Below are positions 37,064 to 50,900 of a DNA stretch of 64,000 bases, piece after piece. A program made the position numbers and the translations under genes. The notes under the pieces are model-generated. The model was not told the DNA's origin and made no database searches. It saw nothing but the letters and a program-made list of their open reading frames with translations. Every line of letters starts with the position of its first letter. Within the stretch, counting starts at the first letter, position 1. Source of the DNA: Mayamaea pseudoterrestris (lineage: Eukaryota); contig BROI01000001.1 in assembly GCA_027923505.1 (NCBI GenBank), positions 930,001 to 994,000 of the forward strand. Direction: 5' to 3'.

Positions 37064-38500
37064 ATGCGGCTATTCACACTACTCCAATTTTGTCTCCTAC
37101 TTGTACAAACTCATGGCTTCGCAAGCTACCTGCTGACCAAGGGTGGCTGCTGGACGGAGCTATCGGCTGGCGAGGCCATCATGGGAGCTTCCGTCTTGGG
37201 CGTCGAGGAGCAAGACAAGACGCATGGCTTTCACATTTCCGTCGATGGAATCGCACAGCCAAACGACAATCAATTTGCTATGGACGAGTCGGAACTACCA
37301 AAGAAACTTTCACTACAATTAGTCTCTAGTCAAGACTTGCCTTCGCAATTGCAAGACTATCAGTGGGTCATGGATATAGTGGAGCCCGACGACGAGCATT
37401 CGCAGGAAGACCAACCAAGTGCATCCTTTGTCAATGGCGGCTGCGAAAACTCCAAGAGAATAGCCGGCCGAGCGATCAAAAAGGTTGAATTGACAATTCA
37501 CTCGCTTCCTGTTACTATTGTTGCTGGGTGGGCGCCCGGACATGAGGCCGTCAAGCTTGTTCCGACTCTGTCCTTTGTCGCCAAGTCAACTACGACGAGA
37601 GGAAGGGATAATAATGCTGTCGAGACGAACCAACATGACGCTACAGTAGCAACGGCTTTGAAAAATGGAGCTTTGGAACATCAGGAGTCTACTAAGCGAA
37701 TTGTGATTGCAGTTGACGAAGTCCAATCGAATGCAGACTCGACGACAGGTTGGGCGAATGCGCTCGTGTCGCCCGACGGTTGTCAGATGCAAGATTTTGA
37801 CGAGATGCATTCATTCCTGCAAAAGCATCAATTGACACTTGACTCAGATAAGGAGTATCCATTAGTACTGCAAAAGAAGGAAGGGTCTGTGCCAGCACAA
37901 GCAACGTTAAAGTTTAAAGACAATGCATCTAGCCTTGCGCTTCCAAAAGCATATCAACTGGTTCTACATACATCACTCGGCACATCCTTCGAGCAAGGAC
38001 TATGCAACGATCAACGTCGAATCCTTATACATAGAGATGCAAGCAATATACACGAGCCATGGCCAGCGCTTGTGATACATGAGACGTCAAATCCAATTAT
38101 TATTAGCGGCTTACTGAGCGATGCTGGTGACGATCCATCAATCAAGACGATTCATCGGATATCTACAACATTCGAGTGGAGTGATGACCCGCAAAGCATC
38201 GTCGACGGGAAAAATCGCGTCGAAACGACCTTGCAGCGTCAGATTCATCGACAGGCTGGCGTCAAGCGGAACATAGGTAACGAGCGTGCGGTTCCAGCGG
38301 ATATACGACATCATGCACATGGCGAATCCAGACAAAAGAAATATTATAATGATAAGGGTCACCGACATGGTTTTGTTGGTGGTACGAGCTGGTACCTTGG
38401 CATGCTTGTCCTTTTAGCTGGACCATGCTTTATTCTGCCGTTGTGTTTGCACTTTTCACAAACGTCGAGGCGAAAGGGCCGGATATCAAAAGCTAACTAA
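37064..38500 (+). CDS. Type I membrane/secreted protein with two related Cys-containing extracellular domains
   Basis: Signal peptide, two similar segments (YQWVMD..ASFVNGGCENSKRI and YQLVLH..TSFEQGLCNDQRRI) and a C-terminal TM helix. Confidence 0.75.
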   Translation: MRLFTLLQFCLLLVQTHGFASYLLTKGGCWTELSAGEAIMGASVLGVEEQDKTHGFHISVDGIAQPNDNQFAMDESELPKKLSLQLVSSQDLPSQLQDYQWVMDIVEPDDEHSQEDQPSASFVNGGCENSKRIAGRAIKKVELTIHSLPVTIVAGWAPGHEAVKLVPTLSFVAKSTTTRGRDNNAVETNQHDATVATALKNGALEHQESTKRIVIAVDEVQSNADSTTGWANALVSPDGCQMQDFDEMHSFLQKHQLTLDSDKEYPLVLQKKEGSVPAQATLKFKDNASSLALPKAYQLVLHTSLGTSFEQGLCNDQRRILIHRDASNIHEPWPALVIHETSNPIIISGLLSDAGDDPSIKTIHRISTTFEWSDDPQSIVDGKNRVETTLQRQIHRQAGVKRNIGNERAVPADIRHHAHGESRQKKYYNDKGHRHGFVGGTSWYLGMLVLLAGPCFILPLCLHFSQTSRRKGRISKAN

Positions 38501-38633
38501 TTGTTTATAATAGCTACCAGTATATTTGACGGACAGCTTTTTGTGGTAGACTAAAGTAGTTACTCAAAAGCCTCGATTAAGCTCAAACAGCATCCCACAA
38601 TACGTTGACCTATGATAGCGACGCCACGTTGCT

Positions 38634-40099
38634 CTACAAAAAGTCGTCTTCCTCTTCATCGTCCTCGCCTCCAATCGAAAAGTTGTTTATGCCAGCTGTC
38701 GCTGCTTGGATTTCTGTGCCAGTCCAGTCACTGTCGGATCCACTCGGTGAAGACGTCTTGTCAGCGTGTTTTACGTCATTTGAATCTTGGTCAGTGGACG
38801 GATTGGTGCTTGCTATATTCATTGCATCTAACGTATGCGACTCGACATGGGCTTGCATTGGTTGCGGCTGCTGCTGCGCGTGACTGTTAGTCTCTTGAAA
38901 CGTATTCATTAAATTTGGAGCCTGCTGCTTGAGTCGCTGAAACATGTTTCCAGCCATCTCCTGTGCGCCATGCGCCACTTGGTTTGCCTTTTGCAGGACC
39001 GCATGATGGTCAATTGGTAGCGACTTGGCCAATGGTGTTGCCGATGCAGGAACATTTCCAAGACGAACCTGCAATTCGTGCGCATACTTGGTCTTGATTT
39101 TCGCATAAATCTTGCGCAAACTGTCAACACTCTTGGGTCCTGCTCCAAGCAGGTCGTACTGGACGCGATGCTCCGTCGTTTCCAAAATGGCTGTAAAGTC
39201 AAAGACTGTCACAGGCGATCCATCACTTGCCGCTCGCTCCGCCTGCAGTTCCACTACAACATCGGCCAGCAAGTCCATGCTCAACTCTTGGCAGGCCAGT
39301 AGTGCGTTTGGGTCGGCAAACATTCGCCAAAACGTCTTTTGCGATAACAGTGCATCCATGCGATCCACTGCCTTGCTCAGCATCAAGAATCGACTAAGCA
39401 TGTCCGTCACGTTGATGGAAGTAATGGCAAAGGGAAGAACGGATGCATCACCCGTCGGTCTTATGAAGCGACTATACACAACATGGCAAGATTCGCACAA
39501 ATAAACCATCATGGCGAGCGACAATACTCCGCCCGACCTAAAGTCTGTGACTGGATCAGTCTGCTGGAATCCCAAGGCGTGCACCCAATCGTCGTGCGGA
39601 ATGGGTGGTTCCTCGTCAAGTGAATGATTCTGATTGGGACAACCATGTATCCAGAGTCGTTGAATAAGGTTGTCGTAGCTTATGACCATTTTCCGCGTCT
39701 CCTGACAGCCTTCCGACCACCATGGCATGTGTTGAACTGCGACTTGAGCGGGCGTTCCTTGGTAGTCTCGTGAAAGTTTCAAGCCAGGCCGACATTTTGT
39801 GTGGAGGAGCTGTAACGCAAGAATAAGAGCATACATGATTGGATATCGTATTAAGTGATACAGGAGTTTCTTTGTCTCGGTCAATCAATCATTCATTCTT
39901 TCTATCCTCTTCCGTTCTGTTCCATCCTTACCTGCCGATACATTAGCAACTGCGACGCAACGTTCTTGTCGGGCAGCGTATACTTGCGCGCCGTCATTTC
40001 CTGCAACCCAAGCTGAACATTTTGCGTCAGTTTCAAAGCCCAGTTTCGAGCTGGACTTGCATCTGGTAATGACGACGATTGCGGTGTTTGTGATGCCAT
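38634..40099 (-). CDS. ELMO/CED-12 domain protein (ELMOD-like); intron 39810-39931
   Basis: WVHALGFQQTDPVTDFRSGGVLSL and PFAITSINVT. Confidence 0.88.
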
Positions 40100-40509
40100 G
40101 CTGCTTATGCTGATGACGAAGGACGAACTTGCTACTTGTTTTTTTCCTTGGAGGCAGATAGTCGACTGCCGTGATCGTTGGACCAAGCTCAATAATGCTT
40201 TGTATAACCACGTGATTTAATCCAGTCAACGTCGTAATACCGTATATACTACGTATGTACTAAAAATTTTGCGACCATGAAGAGCTTGCTTTGCGCTTGA
40301 TCGAGACGACCACACGCCATGGTCATCGCTTAACCGTTTGCTTGAAGTCTCATCGGTTTAGACCAGCGTGGTAAGAAAAGGTCGTACTGGTTATCGTCAC
40401 GCCGAGCACCGGTCCGACAAAAGTCTCGAGCAACGCAACGCACCGTCCATCGCACGCAGCACTGCTTGTTTCCATTTCTCCCCTTGCAATCCTTCTAGTA
40501 CACTCTGAC

Positions 40510-41856
40510 ATGGGAAATAGCAATAGCAGTAACAATATAGAAGACGATGACGCTGCAGACAATCTCGATCCATTTAATGGAATCGATACGCTCGGCTACC
40601 GCGTGCTGGGCGTACAACCAAACAGTCCGGCCAGCAAGGCTGGATTGGTTTCCTTTTTGGATTTTCTAGTGGGAGCCAACCAGCGCATGCTATTGGGAAG
40701 CGGAGAAGATTTGCAGGAGGGAGAGGAGTATGACGATATTGACTTGCCAGCGTTGTTGGAGGAACATAAGAATCAGCCGATTGAATTTTGTAAGTTTAAA
40801 ACGAAAATGAAGGAATCGTTTGTGTAGTCTGCCATGAATATTTACTCAAGATTCAACTCGATCACTTTTATATTACCAGTGGTATATAACATCAAGAGTC
40901 AGCAGTCTCGTTTGGTGGAATTGACGCCAAGCGATTCATGGGGCGGCGCTGGCCTGCTGGGTGTGACGATTCGCCTGGATAATTACGCTGGCGCCGAAAA
41001 TCGATTGGTTCGCGTCTTGACAGTCGCTCCAAAGAGTCCAGCTGATTTGGCAGGGTTGGTTCCATTGAAGGATTTTCTCCTTGGGACGACGCATCAAACC
41101 ATGGATTCGACGGAAACACTAGCGGCAGTCTTGCAGCAGTATCAAGACACTGTCGTGGAGATTTATGTTTACAATTGCGACGCCGACAAGGTTCGCGTCG
41201 TTGCACTAATGCCGACGTTCAACTGGGGAGGACGCGGATTGTTGGGAGCAGAAGTTGGAGTTGGCTACTTGCATCGACTACCGGCCAGTGTTTGCGCGAC
41301 GGAGGGTGCGAGCGTTGAACGCAAGGTCCGCTACGTTGGCGTTGGCAGCAACAATAGCAGCAACAAAACTGGCGCTAGTAATGGCAAGAGTCGTAGCTCA
41401 GATCGACTATTGCCGCAGCTTAGCAATAGTCAAGGAACTGAGCCGCTCATGGTGGAAGTGACGCCGCAGTTGGAAATGGAAGCGGAACCTTGCTCGCATA
41501 GCGACGATGAAGATGACTCCTCCGTCGAGGACATGACTTCGGTCTCGCTCCGCTCGCAGCGATCCACTGCATCGACTGAAGCTGCAGTGCATCAGGGTGA
41601 GGGTGACAGTGGCGAAAGAGACCATGCGAAGCAACAGACGCCATTGACACCCATGACGTCGATCAAGGCTGGCAAGGAACCGCAGGTTAGCTCTCCCATG
41701 ACACCTGCAACGCCCGCCATTGGAGCGACGATTGGAGCAGACACACCAGCACGCTCAATGGATGAACGACCACCGCCAGCTGATATTTTTGCAAAGCCGG
41801 CGCCCTCGGGCAACTTTGGTCTTCCTCCACCGCCGAAACGAACGGCAGCTACTTGA
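40510..41856 (+). CDS. GORASP: Golgi reassembly stacking protein (GRASP55/65); intron 40790-40879
   Basis: MGN myristoylation-type start, GYRVLGVQPNSPA, WGGAGLLGVTIR, WGGRGLLGAEVGVGYLHRLP and a Ser/Pro-rich tail. Confidence 0.93.
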
Positions 41857-41966
41857 TTTTTGCGTGGGAGAGCTTGCTCTAAAAAACTTTTGTGTCTACA
41901 CGAGAAAAACTGTAATCATCTTAATCCCTTTCTTACTAGAATCTTTACCGATTACTTTCATCATTT

Positions 41967-44900
41967 TCAACGCAACTGCGTCTGCAAGTACATAGCCAAC
42001 GAACCGCACAAGGCAGCATCCGTTCCCTTGACGGTTGCGTCAATCTTGGCGCTTCCAGCGCCACTTACAATTACCTTGCCATGGATCAGCACCAAACTTG
42101 ACGCTCCCAACATGCCGGCGCAGATACCTTCGTTGGTTGCGGCAATCGCTTCAATCTTGTGCGCGCCCAGGCAAGCGCACGTATCCATGAATGCATCAAG
42201 ACTCGAAACTTTCGTTGAAGTTACTGAAATGGGCGATGTCGCTGCGCAAGTTCCCCATTTAGCACCAAACTGAGCCGTTGTAATGGGAAGTGGCGCCAAA
42301 GCTACACCATTGTACTCAAACCTAGAACTACTAGAAAGAGAGAATGATGGAAGCGTACTCTCTTGAACACTGCCCAATAATCCAGCGCTAGCAAATGGGT
42401 CATCATCCACAACGGGTGCAGGGCCCGGCTCCAGCGGTGGCTTTGTAGAAGTGGGTACAACATCATCTTGCACAGGCTCATAGCCATCATTTTCGTCGTC
42501 ACTAACTGTTTCAACTATAGCAGTCGATGACAAAGCCTCAGAGGTTTGCGTCACCACAGCGTCAAAGTCAGGTGCCGGTGCAGAAGCTGCTGCACGTGTT
42601 CCGGTCGAAGAATCTCCCCAAAAGCCCATGTCGAGTAAATCAACGTCGGATGCGGCACTCGGTGCTGAAGCAGGAACTGGCGGAGCCGGCACTGGTGCAG
42701 ACTTCGGTGGAGGAGGTGGAGCGGTTGGTGCGGATACTGGCGGCGGTGCACCAGGAATGATACCTCCGAACAAAGCTGCAGCTTGTCGTTCCTTCTCGAG
42801 CTGCTCTGCAGTTTTAACAACCGGCAGCTGTGCAGCCGGAGCTCCATATGCAGAGCTACCAGACCCACCATACGCCGAAGCGACACCCCCAAATCCAGCG
42901 CCAACATTGCGGGAGCGGTCCTCCCAAGCGCCAAGACCCCCAGGCGCAGGTGCCGATGCCGAAGGTGCTGCCGCCGTAGGCGATGGCTGTGGCGAAGGTT
43001 GTGCTTTCAAGCCACCCTTGCCCCATACGTTTGCCACGTTGTGAGTATTAAGAGCAAGACCACCGTTTGGAGGTACGGTTGCCTGCGATGCCATATGGCT
43101 TCCACCACGAACTGCACCAGGCGGCAAAGCAGCTGAAGCTTCAGTGCTGCGAATATTACTGCCCATGCCAGACATTGCCATGCGAGCAAGTGCGGGAGCT
43201 TGTGGCTTTTCATACGGAGTCATCTTAAACGCTGTCTTGGTCACACCATTGCCTCCTTCATAATCATCCTCGTCATCGTCGAAGTCCATAGCCGTGTACG
43301 GACGAGCACCGTTAGCCAGCGACTGCTGGACGAAACCGTCCAAAAATGACAAGTTCTGGTCCACCTCCAAATCTTCGGCACTAGCATCGACCGGCATGAT
43401 CTGTGGAAGCAACTGGGGACAATTAGTCAATATGCTCTGGAATTCCAAACAGCGCTGCTGCAGTTCAAAGTCACGAGAGCGAGTGTAGTCATCAATGACA
43501 GCTGCGGCATGTGCAGGGCAGTTTCCCGCCTGCGCAACCAGCTTCATAATTGCGGCCACGAGCATTCGACGTGTTGTTAATGCAAACTTGGACTTATGCG
43601 ACTTTGCAAAATCACAGAGTTGTCTCATGGTCTCATCCAGCGACTGTACTGCCGAAAGGTACGCATACTCGCCAAGGCACCAGGCCATGGTTTCAAGTAG
43701 AATCTTTGGAAGTTTTCCCAGCGGCTTGTCGCGCAAAATGGTGACGTAGATCTCTACAGCGTTTTGTCGCAACAGCATGTCCTCCTCCTCGCTGTCGCCC
43801 GTTCCTTCGGCAATCAACGACATGAGATTCTGTGCCACTTCCTGCTGCACCATGTCGCCCGACACTTCAAACAGCTGCGTGATGGTGCGAATGTACCAAA
43901 CGTTATTGGGTGCAAATCGCTCGGCAATGGTGCAGACACGCGTCGTCAAGACTCGCTTTAAAAACAGATCCGTCGTTCCCGACAAGAAGGCAACGAGCTT
44001 TTCCGTAATGAACTCGACATTGACCGGGTTAGTCATGCGGTACAGCAAATCAAGCGTCTTGCGCTGCAAGGTTTCATCCGTGTCTTCCAAGCAATCCATG
44101 ACCGCAAGCTGATGCTGGGCAGCATACTGAGGGTGTGTTTCGACGATCATGGCTAATCCAGTCACGCCAAGGTACTTGAGATTGTGCGAGCGACTGTCGA
44201 TAAACTGTTGCAATAATATTGAAAATAAATGATTGACAGTGAATGAGAAACACGATGATGACGAACCCAAGCAGCGACCAACACATAAGCGACCGATATG
44301 TACCCCATTTCACATAATGCAACTCACCCGACTAATGGCCTCTGCCGCTGCATCCAACAAGGCAGGATTCGGATAAATCGTGACAATCGTCTTGACGCAT
44401 TCATAGGCAATCGCGTAGCCCGCGTTAATGCCATTGTCAGCCTTCTTCATCGCCTCATGCACGATCTCATACATGCCCGAGCTTGCCTTCACGTCTGCCT
44501 TGCCCAATACTCGCAGAATGCGAATCAGCTGGAGCTGCATCCACGGCGCTGGCACGCGATGGTAGTCGTACTCGGAAGGCAATCGATGCTCACAAATTTG
44601 CTTCAAAATAGACACCAAACTTGGCACCAAGTCCTTAAAAGGCAACGGATTCATCAATGACATTGCATAAATGGCATTCAAAGACGATCCCATGACGGCG
44701 GGGTCCTTGTCACAAAGCATTTTGCGCAAGTGTTCTTGCATTTCCTCCTCCGTCACATCGTCCGGCGCCAATTGATGAAACCGATGCAACGTAAGAATAG
44801 CCTTTTTGCGAATGGTGGCACTCTCATGCGAAAGCAACTTGGAAACTTCAGTCTTGACGGCAGGCACCATGTCGCTAGTAATCAATTCACATGCCGCCAG

Positions 44901-45535
44901 CAAGCCGCCACTGCATTCCAGCACTGAACAAAAGAGGGTGCCAATGTCAAGAACAAGTTACTGTCAACAAAGTAACGGCTACAACACACAGCAAATGCTT
45001 ACCATTGACACTCTGCAGGTCGCGCTGCATTTGATTAACCAGCATGAAGCGAAACTCATGATCCGGTGGAAGGCAGGCCGCGCAAACCAAGTATCCAGTC
45101 CGCTTGTGAAACAAGCTGGCCGACGCTGCCATTTCCACTGCTTTAATGTAGCCAAAGCTAGCGTCGTGTCCAAGCATTTCAACATACAATAGTCTCACTA
45201 GAAATTCCTTAGCTCGCTTCTTGTTGGATAGCAGCGAGTTTTGCTGTGGCGCACCGCCTGGAATGCTGGAGGATGGAGTCTCCATTTTCTGCTTCAAGCG
45301 TTGGACTGCGAGAAATGAGAAAAGTTAAGTACGTGAGAGGATGGTAAGCATGAACGCCGGTGCGTACTTGTGCATACAAACTGCATTCTTTATATATTTG
45401 CTTGTGCATCAATTAAACAGATATCTTACTCTCGCGAATAATGATTCTATCCTCCTCCTGCTTGCTTTTGGATTCACCAATCTCCTTCAAGAGCGTAAAG
45501 AACTCCTTGGACAAGGACATGCCACCCGTCGACAT
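41967..45535 (-). CDS. AP4E1: AP-4 adaptor complex epsilon subunit (4 exons; introns ~45306-45429, ~44925-45002, ~44205-44327)
   Basis: SKEFFTLLKEIGESKSKQEEDRII, LLYVEMLGHDASFGYI, EHRLPSEYDYHRVPAPWMQ, NLKYLG, DASAEDLEVDQNLSFLDGFV. Confidence 0.92.
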
Positions 45536-45942
45536 GATTGCTGCTGCTTGCTGCTTTTAATGATAAGAAAACTAGTGGACAAAATGTATATTGCCGTGTA
45601 TCAGTCAAGGTACGCCGCCGCTATCGGTAGTTGCTTGCTAATTTTCAAAATTTGGACGCAACGTGAATTGCCGTATAACAGTAAGAGGTACAAAGAGAGT
45701 AAATTGCAAGTAACAATCCTGAGTGTCGTGTCGCAATAATTAACTGCAGCACGAGAAAAAGACTCAGTTGCGTTTGAACGGTCGTGCGAGTGCGAGGATG
45801 GTCTCTCCATGGTGACGCTCGACGACGGATCCAGCCGTTGCGGTGCGACAGATTAGAGATGGAGTTTTCATGAAATGAATGAGTCAGTCGCGCTTCTTGA
45901 CGTCCATCCGGATCGCGACTTTTTCACTCATTCGGCATCACC

Positions 45943-46931
45943 ATGAGGATCTTTCGCTCCATTCCTTATCTTTTGGCAGGCGCTCCAGCGCTAGTCTTGT
46001 CGCTGAGTAGCTCGTCACTATCTCGACGAGACCTGCTGCAGACATTTGCATCCAGTGTACTTGGAGCTGGCGTCCTTGCCATTGCAGCAACTCCATCGTT
46101 TGCAGCCGACGAAGCATCAGCAACCTCGACTCCATTGTCATCTGAACTCCAGGACGTTTACTTTGGCGTCGGATGCTTTTGGCACATTCAGCATGAGTTC
46201 ATTCAAGCAGAAGAAAAGTTACTGGGACGCAATGAACACTCCTTTACGAGTGCCACTGGATATGCCGGTGGAACGAGTACTGGCAAGGTGCGTCTATTGA
46301 ATGGAAACGCGAGCCAGAAATATGTACTATAAGCTGACACCTAACATCACTCCAAATCATCACAGGACGGCAAGGTTTGCTACCATAATCTCCAAATGAC
46401 GGCCGACTACGGAAGGCTCGGTCATGGCGAAGTCGTTGGCATGAGTCTTCCAGTCGACAAGATTGCCGACTTTACCAAGCTCTACTTTACCTTGTTTAAT
46501 CCAAAGACATTGGACCGCGTTGATCCAGGCGACCAAGGAGGCGAATATCGAAGCTTGTTGGGCTTGCCTGGTGGAGTGAATCATCCCGTCTACCCCAAAA
46601 TGGAGGCGATTGCCAAGGAGGCGGGCTTCAAGCTAGTGCCGGGCAAGGGCAACGATCCAGATACCTTTCGCAAGCAAACTGTCTATGTTTACGACACTGC
46701 CAAGTTTCCCTTTTAGTAAGTGTACAGTCTTGTTGTGGGTGAGAGTAAATGAGGCGCAAAGTTGTACTAAATTTTCATTCGTCTCTCGTTTCACCCAGTC
46801 AAGCGGAAATCTACCATCAGTATCACAACGACTTTCAAGATAAACCCTACGGCCAGGCTTACAATCAACTGGCCGACTTGGCTCTAGAGGAGGGTCGTCT
46901 TCATACTACTGGATGCCCCGATCGGGTGTAG
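45943..46931 (+). CDS. Peptide methionine sulfoxide reductase MsrA-like protein, probably plastid/thylakoid-targeted; introns 46288-46365 and 46716-46798
   Basis: YFGVGCFWH, TGYAGG, GHGEVV, DQGGEYRS and FYQAEIYHQ after splicing; SRRDLL followed by a hydrophobic stretch. Confidence 0.82.
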
Positions 46932-46971
46932 AGTGTAGAGTAAACGGAGAAAGACGAAAGAGGTACAATCT

Positions 46972-47464
46972 TTACTTTTCTTCTAGATTGATGCTTTTAC
47001 CGAATCGATCATAGAGAATATTCTTCAACACGCCTTGTTCCTTGGCTATTGCTTGTAGTTCCGTTTCCAGTGCATCCAGCTTGGCTTGCGCTTGTTCCAC
47101 CAATTGTTCGCAAACTTGAGTGGCATAATCTTCCGACTCTTCGAAGAATGCTTCCCCAAGCATGAGCAGTACCTTGTCGCCACTGCCCATCATGAGTTCA
47201 GTACTCGCGTCGTCCAGATGTTCTAATTCTTTCTGAATTAGTATAGCAGGGTATGTTTTTGTATTGTAAGAATGATGCAGCGTGTGACAATGCTAGTCAC
47301 AATGTTTGTTCTTTCACACGACGCACCTTGTACTTGACGACATCCTCCTCAATCTCGTGTTTCCGAACATTCAAGCGAGCGAATCGATTGATTTGATCTT
47401 GATCGACTCGTCTGACTTCATTGTCATTCTCATCCTCATGGGAAGCAGCAGCCGAAGCGATCAT
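46972..47464 (-). CDS. PFDN4: Prefoldin subunit 4; intron 47233-47326
   Basis: EVRRVDQDQINRFARLN, LDDASTELMM, GEAF, LKNILYDRFGKSINLE. Confidence 0.93.
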
Positions 47465-47978
47465 GATGGTGGCGATGTAGTTGATGAATGGCACGCGAAG
47501 GTTGGAGGGTTTCAGCGGCACCGAAAGCGCGCGCCGGCCGTGCCGAATGAATACTCATGAGCGTTTGAATGCGCCAAAGCTAAGCTGTGAAGAACCCGCA
47601 TTACCGACCTCACGCGAGTAGGATCGAGTTGAACCATGCAACACACCAAGTCGTCGCGCAAAACAGAGAGGACCCTTCGCTGTCGACCCACCTTGACAGT
47701 GACATTCAAGACTACTTTCGAAACTACCGACTCGCGTATTGGTCTACTAGAGGCAAGTAGATTGGCTCATGAAGCGATTGTAGCATTTGCAGTCGTCTAA
47801 CTTTTTCTCCAATTTGTCACTCGACAGACGAGGAAGGCGTTTTCCAGATTCGACCAACTCACGTCCTTTCAAGCCACTTTTGTCGTCCTTGCGCATCAAC
47901 GATTGACTTTTTCGCAGTCAGCTACTTACTATAACAAGAGATTGTCAGCAGGGAGCTACCCAAGAAAAGGACTGGAGC

Positions 47979-50900
47979 ATGAATCCTTCGCCTCATGGTG
48001 GCGATCAGTCACCTCCTCCACAGCGTTCGATGCAAAACGTTGGCGCGGCGCAAAACGATGCCAGCAGTCACCAAGGTGCACCGGTTCATCACGGGAACGC
48101 AGACTCGACTAATGATGCTGCTGCTAACATCATGAGCCATTCATTCTCGAACATGACGCCGACAGAAAACATGACAATGGAGCAAGGAGGAGGAGCAGCA
48201 GCAGTAGCAAGTACTCTCGTCAGCGCGACTCCGACTGGTTCTGCTCCTCATGCGACGACCCTCATGCCGACGGCCGCAGTGTTAGAAAACACCAAGCCAG
48301 CCAATCTGCAAAGCATGATGCATCTACCGACGAATCATGCAACGAATAATCTTGCTTCGGAACCGGCTGCTGCTGCTACTGCAAATGTAGCGGAGTCAAT
48401 GCCAGTCCAACCAACCTTTGCTCCTGCTGATTCTGCAGTACCGACTGTGACGGCTGGAGCTGGTACAAGTACGATGGAAACGAACAGCTCGCCGTCTCCT
48501 CCAATCATGACGATGATGAACAATTCCGAGACGCAATCGGCAGCTCAAAGTCTTGCAGGTCCGTCGTCACTGCTACCAGCTCCTACATTGCTGACCATGC
48601 CGGCCCCGCCGTCAGCGCAGAATACTCCACTGCAACTGCCGCCTCGCACCAATGTCAAAAAGCCAGACGCAGCGGCAAAGAAGCCATCGGCGCCATTGAT
48701 CTTGCCTCATCTCAAGGTGCAGCATCAAGCTGGCAGTACTGCTGGAGCTACGACTGCTGCTGCAACAAACACTGCTCCACCAAAGACCAATCCAGGCCCT
48801 CCACAGCCGCCATTGCCTCCTCACTTTCAGCAAGCGTTTGCTGGACGCCATCCTAATGCTCCGCCTGGATCGCATCATCACCATCCACCGCCGCCGCCCT
48901 TTGGAATGCACATGAGCTTTCCGCCGCATCCTCACCATGGACCGCCGCCACCGCATCATGCGCATTTCAACAAGGGACCGCCGCCCCACTTGGCAGCAGC
49001 AGCGAATCGGCCGTTTGCCATGCATCACAACAAGGAAGGAGCTGCAGCAGCAACGGGAATGATGAGGCAGTCGCCCATTCCACCAATGGCAGTGGCAGTG
49101 AGGGAGCAGCAGCAGCAACAGCAGCAACAGCAGCAGCAGCAGCAGCAGCAACAACCACTAACAGGTGCAGCAGTGGCAAATGCTCGCGACGGACCATCAC
49201 CTGCGAATACAAATGTTGCGGCAACTGGACCAGCGCCCATGGATATTGACGAAGCACCAAAGCCGCCAGAAACGAATACTTCGCCTCCTGCTGGTGGCCC
49301 TGTAAACGCCATGATGATTGGCGAGCGTGCCCGAAACCATAATGCTCCAAACTTCTCGGCGACGAGCGATCATGCGGCAGCTCCGGGAGAAGCTCGAGCA
49401 GTTCCATCATCATCAGCAGCTGTGCACCGCAGCGCGCCAGCTCTGGCTGATGCTTCGGTAGCACCACCGCCGTTGCCGCACCGACCAAGTGTGCAGCCAC
49501 AGCCGCAGCCACAAGATGCTCATCAGCAAGCCAATAACAACAATAACAATGCAAACGGTGGTCAGTGGCGTGAGCTGCGCGTGGAGGACGCTCTCAACTA
49601 TTTGGATCATGTCAAGATGGAGTTTAAAGATCGCCCCAAGGTTTACAATCAATTCTTGGCTATTATGAAGAATTTCAAGTCGCAGGAAGTGGATACGCCA
49701 GGTGTTATCCGCATGGTGAGCAAGCTCTTTCGGGGATATAACAATCTGATTCTTGGTTTCAATACCTTTTTGCCGGATGGATATAAGATTAGTTTAGCCG
49801 ACTTGGAGCGTCAAGAGGAGGAGGAACGACAGCGCGAGGCCAATGAGGCTGCTGCGGCGGCAGGTGTTGTTCCTCCTGTGGCAAAGCCTGCTCACAACAT
49901 TCCACGAGGTCCGCCGCGACCACAACCCGCGTATGCAGCAGCTAACGCTGCGCGACAGCCGTATGAACAGCAAGCAGGATCAATGCAGTTACACCAAAAG
50001 CAATCTCAAGTTCCGATGGATAATCGCAAACCTGCGCCGCAAGCTGGGCCTCAGCCAAAGGAAGCGCATGGACAAGTCGCAATGCAGCAACATCAACCGC
50101 AACGCTCACCGCCTCAACAGCAACCGCAGCATCAAGCCGTTGAGTTTGACCATGCTATTTCTTATGTTACCAAGATTAAGCGTCGATTTGCAAATGACCC
50201 GAGCACATACCACAAGTTTCTCGAAATTTTGCACACCTACCAAAAGGAGCAGCGTGGCATTAAAGAGGTTCTTGAACAAGTTGCTCACTTGTTTCAAGAT
50301 CATCCAGATTTGCTAAAGGAGTTTACATTCTTTCTGCCGGACGCTGTTCAGGAACAGGCCAAGGAGAGATTGCATCGAGCTGCAGCAGAGTCTGAATCGC
50401 GTATCGCCAAGGCGCAGCAGGACTATCACAATCTGCATGGAGCGCGCCCAGCGCAAGTACCTCATCCACCGTCCCACAATCAGCTTATTGACATGACGAG
50501 GAGCCAACAGCTTACTTTGACGGAGGGGACGCGAAAGCGGTCGTTTGACGCAGCCGCAGGGAATGAGACGGTTGTTTACAACTCGGCAGTGGAGCGCCAA
50601 TTTTTCGACGCGGCGCGCGAAGCGCTTACTTCCTATTCTCGCGACGGTGGGCAAGCATGGGCCGAGTTTATCAAGTGTCTTGATATGTACGCACAGGATA
50701 TACTGTCGAGGAAGGAAATGCTTGATTTTGTGGAACCGTTGCTTGGCAAGCGAAACACAAAGCTCTTTGAAGAATTCAAGCGAATTTTGAATGCAGCTGG
50801 CTCGCCAACACATCCCTTGCCTTTTATGGAAGACTCTTGGCACTCTGTCCCACTGTCAGAGATTGACTTTAGTCGCTGCCGCCGTTGTAGTCCGTCATAC

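Noticed and set aside
48612..49554. Poly-Leu, poly-Cys and poly-Ala ORFs
   Set aside because: They are antisense readings of the Sin3 CAG tract.
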